Source of the DNA: Squalus acanthias
Lineage: Eukaryota
Direction of reading: 5' to 3'
NCBI GenBank assembly: GCA_030390025.1
Contig: JASTWF010000088.1
Location: 1,178,001-1,242,000 of the forward strand
Length of the DNA: 64,000 bases
Below are positions 48,001 through 56,669 of the stretch, piece after piece (position 1 is the stretch's first letter; every line of letters starts with the position of its first letter). Under the pieces are notes generated by a model. That model searched no databases, was not told where the DNA came from, and saw only the letters and a list, made by a program, of their open reading frames with translations. The position numbers were made by a program, and so were the translations under genes.

Positions 48001-51000
48001 GTGTTGTGTTGGGGTTGATTTCCAGGGGCTCTGTGTTGTGTTGGGGTTGATTTCCAGGGGCTCTATCTTGTGTTGTGTTGGGGTTGATTTCCAGGGGCTC
48101 TGTGTTGTGTCGGTGTTGATTTCCAGGGGCTCTGTGTTGTGTTGGGGTTGATTTCCAGGGGCTCTGTGTTGTGTTGTGTTGGGGTTGATTTCCAGGGGCT
48201 CTGTGTTGTGTTGTGTTGGGGTTGATTTCCAGGGGCTCTGTGTTGTGTTGGGGTTGATTTCCAGGGGCTCTGTGTTGTGTTGGGGTTGATTTCCAGGGGC
48301 TCTGTGTTGTGTTGTGTTGGGGTTGATTTCCAGGGGCTCGGTGTTGTGTTGTGTTGGGGTTGATTTCCAGGGGCTCTGTGTTGTGTTGTGTTGGGGTTGA
48401 TTTCCAGGGGCTCTGTGTTGTGTTGGGGTTGATTTCCAGGGGCTCTGTTGTGTTGGGGGTTATTTCCAGGGGCTCTGTGTTGTGTTGTGTTGGGGTTGAT
48501 TTCCAGGGGCTCTGTGTTGTGTTGTGTTGGGGTTGATTTCCAGGGGCTCTGTGTTGTGTTGGGATTTATTTCCAGGGCTCTGTGTTGTGTTGCAGTTGAT
48601 TTCCAGGGGCTCTGTGTTGTGTTGTGTTGGGGTTGATTTCCAGGGGCTCTGTGTTGTGTTGTGTTGGGGTTGATTTCCAGGGGCTCTGTGTTGTGTTGTG
48701 TTGGGGTTGATTTCCAGGGGCTCTGTGTTGTGTTGGGGTTGATTTCCAGGGGCTCTGTGTTGTGTTGGGGTTGATTTCCAGGGGCTCTGTGTTGTGTTGT
48801 GTTGGGGTTGATTTCCAGGGGCTCTGTGTTGTGTTGGGGTTGATTTCCAGGGGCTCTGTGTTGTGTTGTGTTGGGGGTTGATTTCCAGGGGCTCTGTGTT
48901 GTGTTGTGTTGGGGTTGATTTCCAGGGGCTCTGTGTTGTGTTGGGGTTGATTTCCAGGGGCTCTGTGTTGTGTTGTGTTGGGGTTGATTTCCAGGGGCTC
49001 TGTGTTGTGTTGTGTTGGGGTTGATTTCCAGGGGCTCTGTGTTGTGTTGGGGTTGATTTCCAGGGGCTCTGTGATGTGTTGTGTTGGGGTTGATTTCCAA
49101 GGGCTCTGTGTTGTGTTGGGGTTGATTTCCAGGGGCTCTATGTTGTGTTGTGTTGGGGTTGATTTCCAGGGGCTCTGTGTTGTGTTGTGTTGGGGTTGAT
49201 TTCCAGGGGCTCTGTGTTGTGTTGTGTTGGGGTTGATTTCCAGGGGCTCTGTGTTGTGTTGGGCTTGATTTCCAGGGGCTCTGTGTTGTGTTGGGGTTGA
49301 TTTCCAGGGGCTCTGTGTTGTGTTTTGTTGGGGTTGATTTCCAGGGGCTCTGTGTTGTGTTGTGTTGGGGTTGATTTCCAGGGGCTCTGTGTTGTGTTGT
49401 GTCGGGGTTGATTTCCAGGGGCTCTGGGTTGTGTTGTTTTGGGGGTTATTTCCAGGGGCTCTGTGTTGTGTTGGGGTTGATTTCCAGGGTCTCTGTGTTG
49501 TGTTGGGGTTGATTTTCAGGGGCTCTGTGTTGTGTTGTGTTGGGCTTGATTTCCAGGGGCTCTGTGTTGTGTTGGGGTTGATTTCCAGGGGCTCTGTGTT
49601 GTGTTGGGGGTGATTTCCAGGGGCTCTGTGTTGTGTTGGGGTTGATTTCCAGGGGCTCTGTGTTGTGTTGTGTTGGGGTTGATTTCCAGGGGCTCTGTGT
49701 TGTGTTGTGTTGGGGGTTATTTCCAGGGGCTCTGTGTTGTGTTGGGCTTGATTTCCAGGGGCTCTGTGTTGTGTTGGGGTTGCTTTCCAGGGGCTCTGTG
49801 TTGTGTTGTGTTGGGGTTGATTTCCAGGGGCTCTGTGTTGTGTTGTGTTGGGGTTTATTTCCAGTGGCTCTGTGTTGTGTTGGGGTTGATTTCCAGGAGC
49901 TCTGTGTTGTGTCGGGGTTGATTTCCAGGGGCCCTGTGTTGTGTTGTGTTGGGGTTGATTTCCAGGGGCTCTGTGTTGTGTTGGGGTTGATTTCCAGGGG
50001 CTCTGTGTTGTGTTGTGTTGGGGTTGATTTCCAGGGTCTCTGTGTTGTGTTGGGGTTGATTTCCAGGGTCTCTGTGTTGTGTTGGGGTTGATTTCCAGGG
50101 GCTCTGTGTTGTGTTGTGTTGGGGTTGATTTCCAGGGGCTCTGTGTTGTGTTGTGTTGGGGTTGATTTCCAGGGGCTCTGTGTTGTGTTGTGTTGGGGTT
50201 GATCTCCAGGGGCTCTGTGTTGTGTTGGGGTTGATTTCCAGGGGCTCTGTGTTGTGTTGTGTTGAGGTTGATTTCCAGGGGCTCTGTGTTGTGTTGGTGT
50301 TGATTTCCAGGGGCTCTGTGTTGTGTTGGGGTTGATTTCCAGGGGCTCTGTGTTGTGTTGTGTTGGGGTTGATTTCCAGGGGCTCTGTGTTGTGTTGTGT
50401 TGGGGTTGATTTCCAGGGGCTCTGTGTTGTGTTGTGTTGGGATTGATTTCCAGGGGCTCTGTGTTGTGTTGTGTTGGGGTTGATTTCCAGGGGCTCTGTG
50501 TTGTGTTGTGTTGGGGTTGATTTCCAGGGGCTCTGTGTTGTGTTGGGGTTGATTTCCAGGGGCTCTGTGTTGTGTTGTGTTGGGGTTGATTTCCAGGGGC
50601 TCTCTGTGTTGTGTTGGGGTTGATTTCCAGGGGCTCTGTGTTGTGTTGGGGTTGATTTCCAGGCTCTGTGTTGTGTTGTGTTGGGGTTGATTTCCAGGGG
50701 CTCTGTGTTGCGTTGTGTTGGGGTTGATTTCCAGGGGCTCTGTGTTGTGTTGTGTTGGGGTTGATTTCCAGGGGCTCTGTGTTGTGTTGTGTTGGTGTTG
50801 ATTTCCAGGGGCTCTGTGTTGTGTTGTGTTGATGTTGATTTCCAGGGGCTCTGTGTTGTGTTGTGTTGGGGTTGATTTCCAGGGGCTCTGTGTTGTGTTG
50901 TGTTGGGGTTGATTTCCAGGGGCTCTGTGTTGTGTTGTGTTGGGGTTGATTTCCAGGGGCTCTGTGTTGTGTTGTGTTGGGGTTGATTTCCAGGCTCTGT

Positions 51001-52850
51001 GTTGTGTTGTGTTGGGGTTGATTTCCAGGGGCTCTGTGTTGTGTTGGGGTTGATTTCCAGGGGCTCTGTGTTGTGTTGGGGTTGATTTCCAGGGGCTCTG
51101 TGTTGTGTTGTGTTGGGGTTGATTTCCAGGGGCTCTCTGTGTTGTGTTGGGGTTGATTTCCAGGCTCTGTGTTGTGTTGTGTTGGGGTTGATTTCCAGGG
51201 GCTCCGTGTTGTGTCGGGGTTGATTTCCAGGGGCTCTGTGTTGTGTTGTGTTGGGGTTGATTTCCAGGGGCTCTGTGTTGTGTTGTGTTGGGGTTGATTT
51301 CCATGGGGCTCTGTGTTGTGTTGTGTTGGGGTTTATTTCCAGGGGCTCTGTGTTGTGTTGGGGTTGATTTCCAGGGGCTCTGTGTTGTGTTGTGTTGGGG
51401 TTGATTTCCAGGGGCTCTGTGTTGTGTTGTGTTGGGGTTGATTTCCAGGGGCTCTGTGTTGTGTTGTGTTGGGGTTGATCTCCAGGGGCTCTGTGTTGTG
51501 TTGGGGTTGATTTCCAGGGGCTCTGTGTTGTGTTGTGTTGAGGTTGATTTCCAGGGGCTCTGTGTTGTGTTGGTGTTGATTTCCAGGGGCTCTGTGTTGT
51601 GTTGTGTTGGGGTTGATTTCCAGGGGCTCTGTGTTGTGTTGTGTTGGGGTTGATTTCCAGGGGCTCTGTGTTGTGTTGTGTTGGGGTTGATTTCCAGGGG
51701 CTCTGTGTTGTGTTGTGTTGGGATTGATTTCCAGGGGCTCTGTGTTGTGTTGTGTTGGGGTTGATTTCCAGGGGCTCTGTGTTGTGTTGTGTTGGGGTTG
51801 ATTTCCAGGGGCTCTGTGTTGTGTTGGGGTTGATTTCCAGGGGCTCTGTGTTGTGTTGTGTTGGGGTTGATTTCCAGGGGCTCTCTGTGTTGTGTTGGGG
51901 TTGATTTCCAGGGGCTCTGTGTTGTGTTGGGGTTGATTTCCAGGCTCTGTGTTGTGTTGTGTTGGGGTTGATTTCCAGGGGCTCTGTGTTGCGTTGTGTT
52001 GGGGTTGATTTCCAGGGGCTCTGTGTTGTGTTGTGTTGGGGTTGATTTCCAGGGGCTCTGTGTTGTGTTGTGTTGGTGTTGATTTCCAGGGGCTCTGTGT
52101 TGTGTTGTGTTGATGTTGATTTCCAGGGCCTCTGTGTTGTGTTGTGTTGGGGTTGATTTCCAGGGGCTCTGTGTTGTGTTGTGTTGGGGTTTATTTCCAG
52201 GGGCTCTGTGTTGTGTTGTGTTGGGGTTGATTTCCAGGGGCTCTGTGTTGTGTTGTGTTGGGGTTGATTTCCAGGGGCTCTGTGTTGTGTTGTGTTGGGG
52301 TTGATTTCCAGGGGCTCTGTGTTGTGTTGTGTTGGGGTTGATTTCCAGGGGCTCTGTGTTGTGTTGTGTTGGGGTTGATTTCCAGGCTCTGTGTTGTGTT
52401 GTGTTGGGGTTGATTTCCAGGGGCTCTGTGTTGTGTTGGGGTTGATTTCCAGGGGCTCTGTGTTGTGTTGGGGTTGATTTCCAGGGGCTCTGTGTTGTGT
52501 TGTGTTGGGGTTGATTTCCAGGGGCTCTCTGTGTTGTGTTGGGGTTGATTTCCAGGGGCTCTGTGTTGTGTTGGGGTTGATTTCCAGGCTCTGTGTTGTG
52601 TTGTGTTGGGGTTGATTTCCAGGGGCTCCGTGTTGTGTCGGGGTTGATTTCCAGGGGCTCTGTGTTGTGTTGTGTTGGGGTTGATTTCCAGGGGCTCTGT
52701 GTTGTGTTGTGTTGGGGTTGATTTCCATGGGGCTCTGTGTTGTGTTGTGTTGGGGTTTATTTCCAGGGGCTCTGTGTTGTGTTGTGTTGGGGTTGATTTC
52801 CAGGGGCTCTGTGTTGTGTTGTGTTGGGGTTGATTTCCAGGGGTTCTGTG
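1..52850 (+). repeat. Giant tandem minisatellite/satellite array, unit 32 bp (GTTGGGGTTGATTTCCAGGGGCTCTGTGTTGT) with 37- and 42-bp variants from extra GTTGT; about 1,500 copies; open at the left window edge
   Basis: The unit is read directly throughout. The 32-mer has 13 G, 13 T, 4 C and 2 A (81% G+T). The last recognisable unit ends at ~52843-52850 (TTTCCAGGGGTTCTGTG) and then decays into GT-rich intron sequence. Copy number is estimated as length divided by ~34.5 bp. Confidence 0.98.
35770..52110 (+). repeat. Higher-order tandem duplication inside the array: block A (~35770-43290) and block B (~43290-52110)
   Basis: Rare unit variants recur in identical order at fixed offsets. GTTGAGTTGGGG occurs at 36888 and 45153 (offset 8265) and CCAGGTGCTC at 38854 and 47677 (offset 8823). 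Identical ORF-track translations occur at 40151/48975, 40538/49362, 40809/49633 and 41329/50153 (offset 8824). Block B contains extra internal 728-bp (43750/44478) and 563-bp (46408/46971) duplications. Confidence 0.85.
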
Positions 52851-52914
52851 TGTGGATTTGGGGTTTTTGTGTGTGTATATGTGTGTGTGTGGTTGGTGGT
52901 TTGGGGTTCATATC

Positions 52915-52936
52915 CTAATACCTATCTTTGTTTCAG
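52915..52936 (+). promoter_or_regulatory. Branch point, polypyrimidine tract and 3' splice acceptor of the alpha1 exon
   Basis: CTAAT (YTNAY) at 52915-52919 is followed by ACCTATCTTTGTTTCAG, with the AG at 52935-52936 directly before GC TCT CAC TCT CTC (G-S-H-S-L). Confidence 0.75.
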
Positions 52937-53194
52937 GCTCTCACTCTCTCCGGTATTTCTACACCTCGATGACCCCCATGCACGGCCTGCTGGAATTTGT
53001 GGTGGTCGGTTATGTGGACGACGCTCCGTTTGTTCAGTATGACAGTGACCGGAAGCGGATGATCCCGCGGCAGCGGTGGATGGAGAGCGAGGCCCCTGAG
53101 TACTGGGAGCAGCAGACATGGGCCACGCAGCGATGGGAGGAGAGGGGCAAGAATGATCTTGACATTCTCATGTCCCGGACCAACCAGACGGACG
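52937..53194 (+). CDS. MHC class I alpha1 domain exon (exon 2), 258 bp
   Basis: Boundaries are tttcAG|GC and GAC G|GTGAGT. Translation: (G)SHSLRYFYTSMTPMHGLLEFVVVGYVDDAPFVQYDSDRKRMIPRQRWMESEAPEYWEQQTWATQRWEERGKNDLDILMSRTNQTD. Conserved Y7, Y59, R84 and the N86 glycan site NQT (HLA numbering, by-eye alignment). Confidence 0.96.
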
Positions 53195-53427
53195 GTGAGT
53201 CCTCGCCCTCCCTGTGTCTTTCTCACCGCAGCCCCCATCTGTTTATTCCCTCCCCCACCCACCCACCGGAAATCAGGCAGTCAAAATAGCACCTGCATTT
53301 GCCCACACTGATCTCTCTACCCCGCGGGTCACGGTCTTTACCTGGTATTCTGAGCCGCCGAGAGGGGCGCTCGCTGGAAACCGCAGTGGGGTATGTGGTG
53401 GGGCGTGGTGCAGTCCTTTCCGAGGAG

Positions 53428-53896
53428 CCCTTTAAATACACTGATTGGGGTCCGGGGGCCCCTTTAAATACATTGATCGGGGTGCGGGGGGCCCTTTAAC
53501 AACACTGATCGAGGCCCGGAGGGGCCCTTTAAATACACTGATCGAGGTCCGGGGGGTCCCTTTAAATACATTGATCGGGGTGTGGGGCGCCCTTTAACAA
53601 CACTGATCGGGGTGCGGGGGTCCCTTTAAATACACTGATCAGGGTCCGGGGGGTCCCTTTAAATACACTGATCGAGGTCCAGAGGGTCCCTTTAAATACA
53701 CTGATCGGGGTCCGGGGGGGGTGGGGGGTCCTTTAAATACACTGATCGGGGTCTGGGGGGTCCCTTTAAATACACTGATCGGGGTCCGGTGGGTCCCTTT
53801 AAATACACTGATCGGGGTCCAGGGGGGGGTGGGGGGGTCCTTTAAATACACTGATCGGGGTCCGGTGGGTCCCTTTTAAATACACTGATTGGGGTC
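53428..53896 (+). repeat. Intron-2 minisatellite, ~14 copies of ~32-33 bp (CCCTTTAAATACACTGATCGGGGTCCGGGGGGT)
   Basis: The TTTAAATACACTGAT core recurs at ~53431, 53463, 53495, 53528, 53561, 53593, 53625, 53658, 53691, 53732, 53765, 53798, 53841 and 53875. Confidence 0.93.
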
Positions 53897-53995
53897 AAAA
53901 GTAGCCGGAACTGCCCATCGTCCCCGCAGATTTCCCATCCTACCCTACCTCCCCCTCCCTCATGGCCTTCGCCCGTCTCCGGGGGGGTCTAATTT

Positions 53996-54098
53996 GCTGT
54001 GTGTGTTACAATGACAGCTGTGGGTGGGCGGGTCCTCTCTGCGGCAGGAACTGATTCGCTGTGTGTGTTACAATGACAGCTGAGGGTCGGCGGGGTCT
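53996..54098 (+). repeat. Short direct repeat (2 copies, period 62 bp; GCTGTGTGTGTTACAATGACAGCTG core)
   Basis: An identical 25-mer starts at 53996 and 54058. The second copy is abutted by a CR1 3' tail. Confidence 0.75.
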
Positions 54099-54835
54099 CA
54101 TAAGAACATAAGAAATAGGAGCAGGAGTCGGCCCTTTTAATAAAATCATGCCTGATCTTCTACCTCATCTCCACTTTCTTGCACTATCCCCATATCCCTT
54201 GAACCCTTAATATTCAAAAATCTATCGATCTCTGTCTTGAATATACTCAATGACTGAGCCTCCACAGCCCTCTGGGGTAGAGAATTCCAAAGATTCACCA
54301 CCCTCTGAGTGAAGAAATTTCTCCTCATCTCGGTCCTAAATGGCCGACCCCTTATTCTGAGACTGTGACCCCTGGTTCTAGAATCCCCAGCCTGGGGAAA
54401 CATCCTCCCTGCATCTACCCTGTCAAACCTGTAAGAATTTTGTATGTTTCAATGAGATCACCTCTCATTCTTCTAAACTCCAGAGAATATAGGCCTAGTC
54501 TACTCAATCTCTCCTCAAAGGACAATCCCCCATTCCAGGAACCAGTCTGGTGAACCTTCGTTGCACTCCCTCTATGGCAAGTATATCCTTCCTTAGGTAA
54601 AGAGACCAAAACTGTACACAATACTCCATGTGTGGCCTTACCAGGGCCCTGTATAATTGCAGTGAAACGTCTTTACTCTTATACTCAAATCCTCTTGTAA
54701 TAAAGGCCAACATACCATTTGCTTTCCTAATTGCTTGCTGTACCTGCATGTTAACTTTCAGTGATTCGTGTACAAGGACACCCAGGTCCCTCCTGAACAA
54801 CAACATTTCCCAATCTCTCGCCATTCAAAAAATAC
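54099..54835 (-). mobile_element. CR1 LINE element A, 3' part (ORF2 C-terminus, 3' UTR, (TTCTTATG)n tail)
   Basis: The CATAAGAACATAAGAA tail starts at 54099. Minus-strand translations include RDLGVLVH, LYRALVRPHMEYCVQFW, RRMRGDLIETYKI and RTRGHSLRI...FFTQRVVNLWNSLP, and are frameshifted. Confidence 0.92.
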
Positions 54836-55695
54836 CCAGCTATTCACAATATATATTAATGATCTAGACGAGGGAACTAGATGTAATATCTCTAAGTTTG
54901 CAGACGACACAAAGCTGGGTGGGCGTGTGTGCTGTGAGGAGGATGCAGAGAAACTCCAGTCTGATTTGAACAGGTTGGGTGATTGGGCAGATGCATGGCA
55001 GATGCAGTATAATGTTATCCACTTTGGTGGCAAAAACAGGAAGACAGATTATTATCTGAACGGCAATAGATTGGGAAAAGTGGAAGTGCAACGAGATCTG
55101 GGAGTCCTTGTGCACCAGTCACTGAAGGTAAGCATGCAGGTGCAGCAGGCGGTTAAGAAGGCAAATGGTATGTTGGCCTTCATAGCGAGAGGATTTGAGT
55201 ACAGGAGCAAGGATGTCTTGCTGCAGTTGTACAAGGCCTTGGTGAGACCACACCTTGAGTATTGTGTGCAGTTTTACTAGACTGATACCTGGGATGGCAG
55301 GAATGACATATGAAGAGAGATCTCATTGAAACTTATAAAATTCTAACAGGACTAGACAGACTAGATGCAGGAAGGATGTTCCCGATGGCGGGGGAGTCCA
55401 GAACCAGAGGTCACAGTCTAAGGATAAGGGGTAAGCCATTTAGGACTGAGATGAGGAGGAATTTCTTCACCCAGAGAGTGGTGAACCTGTGGAATTCTCT
55501 ACCACAGAAGGCAGTTGAGGCCAATTCATTAAATATATTCAAGAAGGAGATAGATATATTTCTTAAGGCTAAAGGGATATGGGGAGAAAGCAGGGACAGG
55601 GTATTGAATTTGGATGATCAGCCATGATCTCATTAAATGGCGGAGCAGGCTCGAGGGCCGAATGGCCTACTCCTGCTCCTATCTTCTATGTTTCT
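54836..55695 (+). mobile_element. CR1 LINE element B, 5'-truncated, inserted into element A
   Basis: Translations include QLFTIYINDLDEG, SKFADDTKLGG, RDLGVLVH and RVVNLWNSLP. The 3' UTR ends GGCCGAATGGCCTACTCCTGCTCCTATCTTCTATGTTTCT. It is flanked by ATAC on both sides (54832-54835 and 55696-55699) and has internal deletions near 55277-55320. Confidence 0.92.
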
Positions 55696-56663
55696 ATACT
55701 CTGCTTTTCTATTTTTCCCACCAAAGTGGATAACTTCACATTTCCCCACATTATATTCCATTTGCCATGTTCTTGCCCACTCACTTAACCTGTCTATATC
55801 CCCTTGAAGCCTCCTTGCATCCTCCTCACAACTTACGTTCCTACCCAGCTTTGTATCATCAGCAAACTTGGATATATTACATTTGGTCCCCTCATCCAAA
55901 TCATTGATGTAGATTGTGAATAGCTGAGGCCCAAGCACTGATCCTTGCGGTACCCCACTAGTTACAGCCTGCCAACCCGAAAATGACCCGTTTTTTCCTA
56001 CTCTCTGTTTTCTGTCCGTTAACCAATCCTCAATCCTTGCTAGTATATTACCCCCAATCCCATGAGCCCTAATTTTGTTTAATAACCTCTTGTGTGGCAC
56101 CTTATCGAATGCCTTCTGAAAATCCAAATGCACCACATTCACTGGTTCCCCCTTATCTATTCTGCTCGTTACAACCTCAAAAAACTCTAATAGATTTGTC
56201 AAACATGATTCCCCTTTCATAAATCCGTGTTGACTCTGCCCAATCCTATTATTATTTTTTAAGTGCCCTGTTCCCACGTCCTGAATAATAGATTCTAGCA
56301 TTTTCCCGACTACTGATGTCAGGCTAACTGGTCTGTAGTTCTCTGTTTTCTCTCTCCCTCCTTCCTTAAATAGTGGGGTTACATTTGCTACCTTCCAATC
56401 AGCGGGAACCGTTCTAGAATCTATGGAATTTTGGAAAATGACAACCAATGCATCCACTATCTCTATAGCCAACTCTTTCAAAACCCTAGGATGTAGGCCA
56501 TCAGGTCCAGGGGATTTATCGGCTTTCAGTCCCATTAATTTCTCCAGTACTACTTTTTTTACTTAGACAAATTTCTTTCAGTTCCTCATTCTCGCTAGAC
56601 CCTTGGTTCTCCACTATTTCCTGGAAGTTTTTTGCGTCGTCTTCCTTGAAGACAGACACAAAA
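55696..56663 (-). mobile_element. CR1 LINE element A, 5' part (reverse transcriptase domain), 5'-truncated
   Basis: The 300-aa minus-strand ORF contains KSPGPDGLHPRVLKE, NYRPVSLTS, DFQKAFDKVPH, GVPQGSVLGP and FADDTKL. It ends at NRKAEY, which continues as FLNGERL in the 54099-54835 fragment. Confidence 0.93.
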
Positions 56664-56669
56664 ATGGCG

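Noticed and set aside
1-52850. CRISPR-like array (constant core with variable interval)
   Set aside because: The intervals are just 1-3 copies of GTTGT, not unique spacers. There are no cas genes and the context is a spliced vertebrate gene.
1-52850. Telomeric repeat (TTGGGG in each unit)
   Set aside because: There is a single non-tandem hexamer per unit and no TTAGGG arrays.
1-52850. Multimerised NF-kB/enhancer A, GAS or NFAT sites (GGGGTTGATTTCC; TGGAAA on the minus strand)
   Set aside because: The spacing does not fit GGGRNNYYCC, and TTCCAGGGG is not TTCNNNGAA. A 6-bp NFAT core alone is not evidence of a regulatory function.
285-52918. Numerous + strand ORFs (LGLISRGSVLCCVGVDFQGLCVV...) and long - strand ORFs up to 1018 aa (EINPNTTQHRAPGNQPQHNT...)
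   Set aside because: These are translations of the repeat. A 32+37 pair is 69 bp (23 codons), and the minus-strand consensus has no stop codon in any frame, so long ORFs are expected. Most use non-ATG starts and the frames switch randomly with unit length.
53214-53851. Short ORFs in intron 2
   Set aside because: They have no recognisable homology and partly translate the 33-bp minisatellite.
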